Shown here piece by piece: positions 8,438-17,373 of a DNA stretch of 33,548 nt; position 1 is the stretch's first letter; every line of letters begins with the position of its first letter. Below the pieces are notes generated by a model. It worked only from the letters and a program-made list of their open reading frames with translations, did not search any database and was not told where the DNA came from. Source of the stretch: Deltaproteobacteria bacterium (GTDB taxonomy: Bacteria; Desulfobacterota; SM23-61); assembly GCA_030654105.1 (NCBI GenBank), contig JAURYC010000137.1:1-33548 (forward strand), given 5' to 3'. Made by a program: the position numbers and the translations under genes.

Positions 8438-9802
8438 ATGTTCTCAAAGATGCTTATCGCCAACAGAGGAGAAATTGCCGTCAGGATTATAAGAGCCTGC
8501 AAAGATTTGGGGATCAACACCGTGGCTGTTTATTCCGAAGCAGACCAGAATAGTTTACACGTTCGCCTGGCTGACGAAAGAAGGTGCATTGGTCCGGCGA
8601 TAAGCAGCAAGAGTTATTTAAACGTTATGAGCATTCTCGATGCTGCTAAAGCCACAAAAGCTGAGGCCATTCACCCCGGCTACGGATACCTGGCAGAAAA
8701 TGGGGAATTTGCCCAGGCCTGTGCCCGGGAGGGTTTTGTGTTTATCGGCCCTACCCCTGAAAACCTGGCTTTAGCCGGCGATAAGATCAACGCCAAAAAT
8801 ATCGTAGAAAATGCCGGGGTTCCCGTTATTCCCAGCAGCCGGGGAGGGATCGGTAAACTCGAAGAAGCATTGCGATTCAGTCAGGAGATTGGCTACCCAG
8901 TAATGATCAAAGCATCCGGAGGAGGCGGCGGCCGGGGAATAAGGATTTGTGCCAATGAAGAAATCCTGCGCGGAGAGTTTTCCGTGGCCAAGATGGAAGC
9001 CCGAGCCGCCTTTGGAAATGACGAAGTATATATTGAAAAATGTATCTCAGAACCAAGACACATTGAATTTCAGGTGCTGGCAGATCGGCGGGGAAACATA
9101 ATCCATCTTGGTGAACGGGAATGTACCATCCAGAGGCGCTATCAGAAACTTATCGAGGAATCCCCATCCCCGAGACTCACCCCGCCGTTGCGCCAGACGA
9201 TGGGGGAGATGGCCATTGCGGCCGCCAGAGCGGTCAAATATTTTAACGCGGGCACTGTGGAATTTCTCATGGATCAGGATGGCCGTTTTTATTTTATGGA
9301 AATCAATGCCCGAATCCAGGTCGAGCACCCGGTCACAGAATTGGTGACCGGAGTTGACCTGATCAAAGAGCAGATCAGGCTATCATCCGGCGAAAGCCTG
9401 GGGTATTGCTATGAGGATTTAAAACCGAGAGGGTGGGCTCTCGAATGCCGGATCAATGCGGAAGATCCGGACAAAACCTTTTTACCATCTCCTGGAATCA
9501 TAAAAGAATATCAACCTCCAGGGGGATTTGGGGTCAGGGTAGATACCCATCTTTACCAAGGTTACGAATTGCCCATGTATTACGATTCCTTAATCTGCAA
9601 GCTCATCTCCTATGATCTTACCAGGGAAGGGGCCATCAAAATCATGAAAAGAGCCCTCGAGGAGTTTACGATAAAACCCATTAAAACGACCATCCCGCTT
9701 TATCTCAAGGTCATGGATGACCCCTTTTTTGGGCAGGGTATATTCAGTACCCACTTTATCGAAAAGTTTTTGCCAGAAGACAAGGAGGAGAAGGAAAATT
9801 AA
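8438..9802 (+). CDS. accC: Biotin carboxylase (ATP-grasp)
   Basis: MFSKMLIANRGEIAVRIIRAC, HPGYGYLAEN, glycine loop MIKASGGGGGRGI and EINARIQVEHPVTE give a full-length classic AccC pattern. Confidence 0.93.
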   Translation: MFSKMLIANRGEIAVRIIRACKDLGINTVAVYSEADQNSLHVRLADERRCIGPAISSKSYLNVMSILDAAKATKAEAIHPGYGYLAENGEFAQACAREGFVFIGPTPENLALAGDKINAKNIVENAGVPVIPSSRGGIGKLEEALRFSQEIGYPVMIKASGGGGGRGIRICANEEILRGEFSVAKMEARAAFGNDEVYIEKCISEPRHIEFQVLADRRGNIIHLGERECTIQRRYQKLIEESPSPRLTPPLRQTMGEMAIAAARAVKYFNAGTVEFLMDQDGRFYFMEINARIQVEHPVTELVTGVDLIKEQIRLSSGESLGYCYEDLKPRGWALECRINAEDPDKTFLPSPGIIKEYQPPGGFGVRVDTHLYQGYELPMYYDSLICKLISYDLTREGAIKIMKRALEEFTIKPIKTTIPLYLKVMDDPFFGQGIFSTHFIEKFLPEDKEEKEN

Positions 9803-9853
9803 CGGCGGGTGAATTTGGGGTACGTGTAATTTGGGGTCACCCATTTCTATTTC

Positions 9854-10639
9854 TTAGGATTTGCCCCGCGATGGTGTTAGCGGGAAACTGACTTCAAAAA
9901 TGGTTTCACCCTGTTGAGAGGAATAAACGAAGGATGCGCCATAGCGACGCAGTATCTCTCTGGATATAAATAATCCCAAACCTTGGTGTTTTCCTCCTTT
10001 ATTGGTAAAAAAAGGTTTAAATAGGTTGGGTTTCGTATCTGCGGAAAATCCACATCCCGTATCTTTGATCACCACTTTTATCTGGTCATCTTTTTTTTCG
10101 GTAATCAGGGTGAGCTCTTTGCGGCTGGAGTTTTCCATGGCCTCAATGGCATTCTGGATTAGGTTAAAGAATCCTTGACTGAAATCCACATGATATCCCT
10201 CGAGGGGGGGTAAAGGGTCGGAGAATAGTTTTTGTGACCGAACCTGGTGTTTAAAAAATAAATTATGCTTTAGAAGGGAGAGTTCTTCCTCTAATAAGTC
10301 ATTGAGTTGAATCATTTGGGGGGTATCCTGATCTTCATGGACCCCTTTTTGAATCAATCCCTCTACCATCGTTTTAAAATTATCGATTTGCTCCAGGCAT
10401 TGTTCCACCTGATCTTGTATACCCGGTGGGATCCTTTTTCCTTCCTTGATTAGCATCCTTTCAAGCAGTTCCATTTGCATGGATAAAATCTGGATCGATC
10501 CGTTTAGGTTATGGATGACCCCTTTCACGAAGGTCCCCAGGGTGGAATATCGATACCTATCTATGAAAGCGGATAGGAGTTTTTCTGGCTCAAGATGAAT
10601 GGAACTTTTTTTTGATGGCAATAGATTATCTGGCCTCAC
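9854..10639 (-). CDS. Histidine kinase (DHp + HATPase_c only; no TM or sensor domain recognisable)
   Basis: H-box-like GVIHNLNGSIQIL, N-box FNLIQNAIEAM, G1 IKDTGCGF and G2 GGKHQGLGLFISREIL. The start is uncertain: the track ORF begins at TTG 10684 without an SD. GTG 10639 is preceded by AGAGGAAG and is preferred. Confidence 0.75.
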   Translation of the reverse strand: MRPDNLLPSKKSSIHLEPEKLLSAFIDRYRYSTLGTFVKGVIHNLNGSIQILSMQMELLERMLIKEGKRIPPGIQDQVEQCLEQIDNFKTMVEGLIQKGVHEDQDTPQMIQLNDLLEEELSLLKHNLFFKHQVRSQKLFSDPLPPLEGYHVDFSQGFFNLIQNAIEAMENSSRKELTLITEKKDDQIKVVIKDTGCGFSADTKPNLFKPFFTNKGGKHQGLGLFISREILRRYGASFVYSSQQGETIFEVSFPLTPSRGKS

Positions 10640-10925
10640 CGAGGCACTTCCTCTCTTGAATGAGGGACGTTTTTTACCCCTCAAGGGGAATCGATTCTTC
10701 AGCGAGGTGGATTGTTTTATTTATCCAGTTTTCTATACCATACTAGGGGAAAGGGATGCAACGATAAATCGGAGAAGCCTATGCCCCCCTATTAAGGACA
10801 AAAGACCGTGAGGTATTTAAATCGTTTAAGATTAAATTTTGGGTAAGAAAATTTTCGGGTGGGGCAATTTAAAAATAGCGAATTTGAAGGATAATATAAA
10901 GGATAAGGTATAGAATAGGGGTTGA

Positions 10926-11162
10926 CTATTTTTTCAGTTCCAAGAGGGATTCTTTGATCATTTTTTCAGCCAGGACATCACTGGGGACATGATACTTCCC
11001 GGCTTCAATTAACTTTTTCAGGGCAGCCACCCGATCTACCCTTACATCCGGGGTTATTTTCAGGACGTAATAGATTTTTTCCATATCTTGCGGAAGCACT
11101 GAAAAAATTCCTTTATCTCTGAAGTGGGTTTGTTTTTTTCTTTCCTTGGTCATTGGAATCAT
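10926..11162 (-). CDS. FlgM-like anti-sigma-28 factor family protein
   Basis: 78 aa. The C-terminal VDRVAALKKLIEAGKYHVPSDVLAEKMIKESL resembles the FlgM C-terminal sigma-28-binding helices (compare E. coli [30 protein letters not shown], from memory). No clear SD. Confidence 0.55.
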   Translation of the reverse strand: MIPMTKERKKQTHFRDKGIFSVLPQDMEKIYYVLKITPDVRVDRVAALKKLIEAGKYHVPSDVLAEKMIKESLLELKK

Positions 11163-11350
11163 CCGGCGGAATTGTTGCGTTCCCTTGTTTAATTATCTTT
11201 TCGGCAAGATTTGGAAAATACCTTAAACCTTTTTTGTTTAGAAAAAAATATCCATAAAACGTTGCCCTGGAGACTGCAGGTCAATGTTTTTTGATCCAAG
11301 GTAAAATTACTTTTTCTTGGTTCTTTTTAGTTATTGAGCTTTCTTGTTCC

Positions 11351-11378
11351 ATGTCACCTCCTCTTCCAGAGGTGACAT
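11351..11378. repeat. Perfect 10-bp-stem hairpin/palindrome
   Basis: ATGTCACCTC (11351-11360), an 8-nt spacer, then GAGGTGACAT (11369-11378). Confidence 0.85.
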
Positions 11379-11439
11379 TATCACTGAACAATTAACCACT
11401 GACATAATCATAGAACATCCACACAGATTATTTTTCACC

Positions 11440-11468
11440 TTGACTATAAAAAATTTATCTATTATTCT
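11440..11468 (+). promoter_or_regulatory. Possible sigma70-like promoter for ffh
   Basis: TTGACT (11440-11445), a 17-nt spacer, then TATTCT (11463-11468), 40 nt upstream of ATG 11508. Confidence 0.35.
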
Positions 11469-11507
11469 AATTCATTAAGTTTCTTTTAGACCTAGAAGAA
11501 AAAATAC

Positions 11508-12836
11508 ATGTTCGATTCCCTGACAAATAAGCTAAATTCGGTCTTTAAAAGGCTCCGGGGCCATGGAAAACTCAACGAGCAGAACATCACCGAAGCCTTA
11601 AAAGAAGTACGCCTTGCCCTCTTGGAAGCGGATGTGAATTTCAAGGTGGTCAAGGAATTCATGGAACGGATCCGCACTCGTGCGGTGGGCCAGGAGGTTT
11701 TAGAAAGCCTCACGCCAGCTCAGCAGGTGATAAAAATCGTCCATGAAGAACTCACTTCCCTTATGGGGGGAGTAAGCAGCGGACTCAATCTATCCTACAA
11801 GACCCCCATTCCCATCATGTTGGTAGGCCTGCAGGGCTCGGGTAAGACGACTACCGTGGCCAAGTTAGGAAAGTTCCTGAAGGACAAAGGGCGTCGACCC
11901 CACCTGGTTCCGGCGGATGTACGTCGACCGGCGGCTATTGAACAGTTAAGAAAATTGGGCGAGCAAATGGGCATTCCGGTCTTCCAGCCGAATCCTCAAG
12001 AGGCTCCGCTCATGATCTGTCAAAAAGCTTTTCGTTGGGCGGAGGCTGAAAACGGCGATGTGTTACTAATTGATACAGCGGGGCGCTTGCACATCGATGA
12101 AGCCTTGATGGAAGAATTAAAGGAAATCAGAAGGGAACTAACCCCTCGGGAAATTTTACTGGTAGCCGATGCCATGACCGGCCAGGATGCGGTCAATGTG
12201 GCTCAAAAATTTAACGAAGCCTTAGATATAAATGGAGTGATCTTAACGAAACTCGATGGAGATGCCCGAGGGGGTGCAGCTTTATCGATTAAGGCTGTTA
12301 CCGGCAAACCCGTTAAGTTTATTGGCGTGGGGGAAAAGCTGGATGCTTTAGAGATTTTTCACCCTGACCGTATGGCCTCGCGCATTCTGGGCATGGGGGA
12401 TGTTCTTTCCCTGATCGAGAAAGCCCAAGAGGCCATTGACACCCAAAAAGCCCAGGAATTAGAGAAAAAGCTTCTCAAAGATACTTTCACCCTGGAAGAT
12501 TTCCTGGAGCAGTTGCAACAAATCAAAAAGATGGGCTCCTTTGAACAGATCTTGTCCATGATTCCTGGGGTGGGTCGACTCAAGCTTCCCCAAGACCTGC
12601 AGGGAAGTGAAAAAGATCTGGTCAGGGTGGAGGCCATCATTAACTCCATGACCAAAGAGGAACGCCGGTCGCCAGAAATTCTAAACGGCAGTCGGCGCTT
12701 GCGCATCGCTAAGGGTAGTGGGACTACGGTTCAAGATGTGAATCAATTGCTCAAGCAGTACCTGCAGGCGAAAAAGATGATCCGGCAATTCAAACGAGGT
12801 GGGATGAAAGGAATTCCCAGGGGGCTGTTCTCTTAG
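11508..12836 (+). CDS. ffh: Signal recognition particle protein Ffh
   Basis: N-domain MFDSLTNKLNSVFKRLRG, GTPase motifs GLQGSGKTTT, DTAGR and TKLDGDARGG, and a Met-rich M-domain (...MIPGVG...INSMTKEER). Confidence 0.97.
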   Translation: MFDSLTNKLNSVFKRLRGHGKLNEQNITEALKEVRLALLEADVNFKVVKEFMERIRTRAVGQEVLESLTPAQQVIKIVHEELTSLMGGVSSGLNLSYKTPIPIMLVGLQGSGKTTTVAKLGKFLKDKGRRPHLVPADVRRPAAIEQLRKLGEQMGIPVFQPNPQEAPLMICQKAFRWAEAENGDVLLIDTAGRLHIDEALMEELKEIRRELTPREILLVADAMTGQDAVNVAQKFNEALDINGVILTKLDGDARGGAALSIKAVTGKPVKFIGVGEKLDALEIFHPDRMASRILGMGDVLSLIEKAQEAIDTQKAQELEKKLLKDTFTLEDFLEQLQQIKKMGSFEQILSMIPGVGRLKLPQDLQGSEKDLVRVEAIINSMTKEERRSPEILNGSRRLRIAKGSGTTVQDVNQLLKQYLQAKKMIRQFKRGGMKGIPRGLFS

Positions 12837-12942
12837 TCAAGGTGGCTTGAGTTCGCTATCGAGAAGGTAGAGGCCGCAGAGCTGAAAATTCGGTTTTCGA
12901 ACATAAGGAGTAAAGTCTTGAAGGAGGTGGCAAAAGAATAAC

Positions 12943-13251
12943 ATGGCAGTAACGATTCGATTGACGCGCATGGGGGCTAAGAAAAAGCCTTTTTACCGGC
13001 TGGTGGTGGCTGATTCGCGTTTTCCGCGAGACGGGAGGTTCATCGAGGTGGTGGGAACGTACGACCCGAATCCCAATCCTCCCGCCATCAACCTAAACCG
13101 GGAAAGGATTGATTCTTGGTTGAAACGAGGCGCTCATCCCACCAATACGGTAAAGAGCCTCTTGAAGAAGGCCGGACTAGCCACCCGTGCAGATAGAACG
13201 TCTCCAGCGGCCAACGAAACAAGCGAACCACGCGCGGAATCACCGGCATAA
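12943..13251 (+). CDS. rpsP: 30S ribosomal protein S16
   Basis: [42 protein letters not shown] is the canonical S16 N-terminus. It carries a C-terminal extension of about 20 aa. Confidence 0.95.
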   Translation: MAVTIRLTRMGAKKKPFYRLVVADSRFPRDGRFIEVVGTYDPNPNPPAINLNRERIDSWLKRGAHPTNTVKSLLKKAGLATRADRTSPAANETSEPRAESPA

Positions 13252-13355
13252 AGAATCTTTGGGCAATCACCCCGGTAAGGTTGATCTTCGGTGGCACAAA
13301 ACCTGCGAAAGGCTAAGGGAGGGGTTTTATTCATGGGGAAAGGGGGCGAAGTTCT

Positions 13356-13592
13356 ATGGAGATGAAAGATCTGATCGCATACATCGCGAAAGCCCTGGTT
13401 GATCACCCGGAGGCGGTAGAAGTCTCGGAGATAGAAGGAGAGCAAACCTCGGTGATCGCGCTTAAAGTCGCTAAAGATGATCTTGGGAAAGTGATCGGAA
13501 AACAAGGACGGACTGCTCGAGCCATGAGGACGATTTTAAGCGCGGCCTCGACCAAAGTCCGTAAAAGATCTGTTTTGGAGATTATCGAGTGA
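13356..13592 (+). CDS. KH-domain RNA-binding protein (YlqC/UPF0109 family)
   Basis: 78 aa with [18 protein letters not shown] and the [18 protein letters not shown] GxxG KH motif. It sits in the conserved position between rpsP and rimM. Confidence 0.9.
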   Translation: MEMKDLIAYIAKALVDHPEAVEVSEIEGEQTSVIALKVAKDDLGKVIGKQGRTARAMRTILSAASTKVRKRSVLEIIE

Positions 13593-14125
13593 CCTCAGCT
13601 ACGGAAGAACCCCTGGTTTTGGTCGGACAAGTTGTCAAGACGCAGGGGATCAAAGGTCAGGTAAAAGTTGCTGCTTCCGGAGAAGGAGCTGCGGCCTTCC
13701 CGGTAGGTACCATCGTCTATTTGAAAAACGATAGAGGAATGAAGCAATCTTTGACGGTTGAGTCTTCCAGGCCCCACCGGCAAATGACGATCCTTGCTTT
13801 CCGGGAAGTGCAACGGATCGAAGAAGCAGAAGAATTGGTGGGATGTTCCGTCTACGTAGCGCCAGAAAATTTACCCGCCCTCCCCGCGGATGAGTTTTAC
13901 TGGTATCAACTTCGTGGCCTGCAAGTGAAGACCGAAGAAGGAACTTTTTTAGGAACGTTGGAAGAAATCATGCCCACGGGGAGCAATGATGTATTTGTCG
14001 TCCGCAAGAATCATCAGGAATGCTTGATCCCAGCCACGGATGAAGTCGTAGTCCATGTGGACCTTGAGGGCAAGACCATGGTGATCCGGCCTCTGGAAGG
14101 ATTGCTGCCCGAAGATGATCTTTGA
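13589..14125 (+). CDS. rimM: 16S rRNA processing protein RimM
   Basis: GTG start overlapping the upstream stop (GTGA). [19 protein letters not shown]..., a PRC-barrel C-terminal half, and conserved synteny. Confidence 0.9.
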   Translation: MTSATEEPLVLVGQVVKTQGIKGQVKVAASGEGAAAFPVGTIVYLKNDRGMKQSLTVESSRPHRQMTILAFREVQRIEEAEELVGCSVYVAPENLPALPADEFYWYQLRGLQVKTEEGTFLGTLEEIMPTGSNDVFVVRKNHQECLIPATDEVVVHVDLEGKTMVIRPLEGLLPEDDL

Positions 14126-14864
14126 TGTCCTGACCATTTTCCCGGGGATTTTTACTTCTCCCCTGGCCGAGAGCCTGCTGAAAAAAGCCCTGGATAAAGG
14201 TTTAATTCAGATTCGGGTGAAAAATTTACGCGACTTCACCCAGGACAAACACCGGATGACGGATGATTACCCTTACGGAGGCGGGGCGGGAATGGTGATG
14301 AAACCCGAACCAATCATTCGGGCAGTGGAAGAGATAAAAACGAAAGAGCCGGAAGCCCAATCAGTCCTGCTTACTCCCCAGGGGGAACGGTTGGACCAAA
14401 AATTGGCCAGGGAGATGAGTGACCATAAACATTGGATTCTGATTTGCGGGCGGTATGAGGGGCTGGATGAGCGGGTGCGCATGACCGCGGTTGACCGGGA
14501 AATTTCCATCGGGGATTACATTCTCACCGGTGGGGAGATTCCGGCATTGGTGGTCATCGATGTAGTCAGCCGTCATCTTCCGGGTTTTTTGGGGTGTGAA
14601 CAATCCGTTGGGGAAGATTCTTTTTCCCACGGCCTCTTGGAGTATCCCCAGTACACCCGGCCGCAGGTCTACCGGGGGATGGCTGTACCTGAAGTATTGA
14701 TTTCGGGCCATCATGCCCAGATCGAGCGCTGGCGGCGGAGAGAATCTTTGCGCAGGACTTTTCTGCGGCGGCCCGACCTTTTGGAGCTGGCCAGCCTTTC
14801 CGAAGAAGACCAAGCGTTTTTAAGGGAATTAAAAAGCCAGGAACAGATCGTAGGCCAAGGTTGA
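14115..14864 (+). CDS. trmD: tRNA (guanine37-N1)-methyltransferase TrmD
   Basis: [13 protein letters not shown]...[17 protein letters not shown]...[12 protein letters not shown]...[11 protein letters not shown], the SPOUT TrmD signature. Confidence 0.96.
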   Translation: MIFDVLTIFPGIFTSPLAESLLKKALDKGLIQIRVKNLRDFTQDKHRMTDDYPYGGGAGMVMKPEPIIRAVEEIKTKEPEAQSVLLTPQGERLDQKLAREMSDHKHWILICGRYEGLDERVRMTAVDREISIGDYILTGGEIPALVVIDVVSRHLPGFLGCEQSVGEDSFSHGLLEYPQYTRPQVYRGMAVPEVLISGHHAQIERWRRRESLRRTFLRRPDLLELASLSEEDQAFLRELKSQEQIVGQG

Positions 14865-14949
14865 TTCTCGGCCCACCCGAGACCCATTCTCGATGGGCCG
14901 GATTTTACTCCGGCCGTCTAGGAAAAGACCGAGACTTTTGGAGGTTGTC

Positions 14950-15297
14950 ATGAGAGGGTTGGAACAAATCGAAAAAGAGCAAATGCGTACGGACCTCCCC
15001 GATTTTCGCCCCGGGGATACGGTGAAAGTACACGTCAAGATCAAAGAGGGCGAAAAAGAACGGATTCAGATATTTGAAGGTACGGTCATCCGCAAGCGGC
15101 TGGGAGCCAACCGGTCCAGCTTTACGGTGCGTAAAGTTTCTTACGGCATCGGAGTGGAACGGATTTTCCCGACTCATTCACCGGCCATCGATCGTATCGA
15201 GGTGGTGCAAAGGGGGAAGGTTCGCCGCGCCAAACTCTATTATCTGAGACAACTCAAAGGAAAAGCCGCCAGGATCAAAGAACGGAGAGTCCATTAA
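14950..15297 (+). CDS. rplS: 50S ribosomal protein L19
   Basis: 115 aa from ATG 14950, with GGAGG 7 nt upstream (the track ORF starts earlier at 14893). [29 protein letters not shown]...[18 protein letters not shown]. Confidence 0.95.
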   Translation: MRGLEQIEKEQMRTDLPDFRPGDTVKVHVKIKEGEKERIQIFEGTVIRKRLGANRSSFTVRKVSYGIGVERIFPTHSPAIDRIEVVQRGKVRRAKLYYLRQLKGKAARIKERRVH

Positions 15298-15912
15298 GTG
15301 GAGTGTGGAGTGGAGGCTTTTGAGGAAGAGATCCAAGCCCAAGGTTTTCGGGTCATTGCCGGGTTGGATGAGGCCGGAAGGGGACCCTTGGCTGGCCCGG
15401 TGGTGGCGGCGGCAGTGGTTCTTGCCCCGACGAAAAAAATGGCGGGCATCGATGATTCTAAAAAGCTTTCCCCTGAACAGCGAGAAAAAATTTTTTCGCT
15501 CATCCTGCAGCAGGCAGCCGCAGTGGGCATCGGGGTCGTTGACGCCCGAGAGATCGACCGCCTGAACATCCTGCGGGCTTCCTTAAAAGCCATGGAGCAA
15601 GCGGTTCAAAACCTTCCTCTCTCTCCAGATTTTCTTTTGATCGATGGCATCCATTCCTTGACCCTTCCTCTGGCCCAACGGGCGATTCCTAAGGGGGACC
15701 AACGATGTCAATCCATCGCGGCAGCGTCGATTGTGGCCAAGGTTACCCGTGACCGCTTGATGTTAGCCTACCATGATGAATACCCGCAGTATAATTTTGC
15801 TCGCCATAAGGGTTATGGAACGAGGGAGCACCTCCAAGCCATCCGCCAATATGGTTGCTGCCCTCTCCACCGGCAATCCTTCAAGCCGATCTATCAGCTT
15901 TCACTCCTATGA
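15298..15912 (+). CDS. rnhB: Ribonuclease HII
   Basis: GTG start directly after the rplS stop. IAGLDEAGRGPLAGPVVAAAVVL (DEAGRG active-site motif), DDSKKL and SIAAASIVAKVTRD. Confidence 0.93.
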   Translation: MECGVEAFEEEIQAQGFRVIAGLDEAGRGPLAGPVVAAAVVLAPTKKMAGIDDSKKLSPEQREKIFSLILQQAAAVGIGVVDAREIDRLNILRASLKAMEQAVQNLPLSPDFLLIDGIHSLTLPLAQRAIPKGDQRCQSIAAASIVAKVTRDRLMLAYHDEYPQYNFARHKGYGTREHLQAIRQYGCCPLHRQSFKPIYQLSLL

Positions 15913-16280
15913 CCCAAGAGCGCCTCTCCCTCGGCAAAAAGGGTGAAGAACTGGCCCTGGCCCAGCTCAAGGCTTTGAAATACAGGATCCTTGAGCGGAA
16001 TTTTAAATGCCGCCTGGGAGAGATCGACATCATCGCCCGGGACAAAAATACCCTGGTCTTCATCGAGGTAAAAACCCGGGCCACAAAAGATTTCGGAGGA
16101 CCGGCGGCCGCGGTGAATGAAAGGAAACAGCGCCAGCTTTCCAAAGTAGCCCTGACCTATCTGAATCAAAAGAATCTTCATCACGTTCCTGCCAGGTTTG
16201 ACGTAGTAGCCATAGAACTCATTCCTCCCTCCCCGCGGATTGAAGTTATTCGCAACGCCTTTGAGCTCTGCTACGGATGA
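15909..16280 (+). CDS. yraN: YraN-family endonuclease (UPF0102)
   Basis: ATG 15909 overlaps the rnhB stop (ATGA). GKKGEELALAQLKALKYRILERNFKCRLGEIDIIARDKNTLVFIEVKTR...RFDVVAI. Confidence 0.88.
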   Translation: MTQERLSLGKKGEELALAQLKALKYRILERNFKCRLGEIDIIARDKNTLVFIEVKTRATKDFGGPAAAVNERKQRQLSKVALTYLNQKNLHHVPARFDVVAIELIPPSPRIEVIRNAFELCYG

Positions 16281-16371
16281 AAAAGAACTTCTGGCTCCTG
16301 ACTCCTGTATCCTGAATTCTTCATTCTGCATTCTCTTGCCTTTCCCCCCCCCTTTCGTTATGCTATTTTCC

Positions 16372-17238
16372 ATGGACTTGTCTGTCTTGTACGATCCAGA
16401 AAGATTTCCAAAACACGTAATGGAAGCCTTGGCCCAGGCACCGCTGGACTACTTGGAGCAGCTTGAATTTATCAGAAAACAGAGGAGTTCCCTTACACCC
16501 TGGGAAGGCGCGGGAGTTCTCCTGCCGCTTTATTTTTCTGAGGAAAAGAAGCGAGACAGGGATCGTTCAGGTCAATATGTGGTTCTCCTGAATAAACGGT
16601 CCAAGAGGGTTCAGCAAGCCGGAGACCTCTGCGCGCCGGGTGGGGGGATTCATCCGGTTTTAGACAGGATATCCCAAGAGATCCTCCAGGTTGGGCTTCT
16701 CCCGTGGGCCAGAGGATTGGCATGCGAACGAGCCAAGCAAAGAGGAAAATCAGTCTATAAAAAAATACTTTTTTTCCTGGGCAATGCCCTGCGGGAGAGT
16801 TGGGAGGAGATCCACTTAAGTCCGTTCAACGTAGAGTTTCTGGGACCCTTGCAGTCCTACCGCCTCCAATCCCGGCGGTGGATCATTTTTCCCGCAGTGG
16901 GAAGAGTGAAGCGCGCTTGGCAACATAAACTAAGCCCCGAAGTGGACAAGATCATTACTATCCCTTTGCGCACTTTTTTCCTGCCGGAGAGCTATGCTTT
17001 TTACTCACTGGAAGTGCCCCAAGAACTCATCACCCATGGGATTCCCAATCCTTGGGAGTTTCCCTGTTTGGTGGATGATGCGGAGGGAGAAGAGGAAATT
17101 CTCTGGGGGGCAACTTATATGGTCCTTCGGTCGTTCTTGAGAATCGTCTTCGATCAGCCCTTGCCATCCCCAGATGGTCGCAGGGTCATCCATAGGCCGC
17201 TAATTTCTACCTACCTTTCCGGAGATGAGGAGACCTAA
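16372..17238 (+). CDS. Nudix-family hydrolase, CoA-pyrophosphatase-like, with an insertion inside the Nudix box
   Basis: VVLLNKRSKRVQQAGDLCAPGGG resembles the CoAse motif LLTxRSx3Rx3Gx3FPGG. ALRESWEEIHL resembles the REUxEExGU part of the Nudix box. The two are about 50 aa apart rather than about 14. Start taken at ATG 16372 (MDLSV...). Confidence 0.55.
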   Translation: MDLSVLYDPERFPKHVMEALAQAPLDYLEQLEFIRKQRSSLTPWEGAGVLLPLYFSEEKKRDRDRSGQYVVLLNKRSKRVQQAGDLCAPGGGIHPVLDRISQEILQVGLLPWARGLACERAKQRGKSVYKKILFFLGNALRESWEEIHLSPFNVEFLGPLQSYRLQSRRWIIFPAVGRVKRAWQHKLSPEVDKIITIPLRTFFLPESYAFYSLEVPQELITHGIPNPWEFPCLVDDAEGEEEILWGATYMVLRSFLRIVFDQPLPSPDGRRVIHRPLISTYLSGDEET

Positions 17239-17373
17239 ATTCGATTCCCTCGGGTTTTTTCTGGATGGTCGGTGGAAAAGAGCTTGCTTGAGGCAGCGCA
17301 ATGCTATTTTTGCCAGTAGGTTTACGTTTGAGGGGAGAAATTCGACTAAAAATAAAGGAGGATTAAAAATCTC

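Noticed and set aside
9807-9842. GGGTGA...TCACCC stem enclosing a direct repeat AATTTGGGG(T) x2, between convergent accC and the histidine kinase gene.
   Set aside because: The stem is only 6 bp with a 24-nt loop and no adjacent U-run on either strand. This is too weak to call a bidirectional terminator, and the two 9-10-nt direct repeats alone are not informative.
17236-17275. tRNA-like T-loop string TTCGATTCC, and a possible intrinsic terminator (GGGTTTTTT) after the Nudix gene.
   Set aside because: No acceptor, D or anticodon arms can be built around it. The T-run is not preceded by a convincing stem, so neither a tRNA nor a terminator is called.
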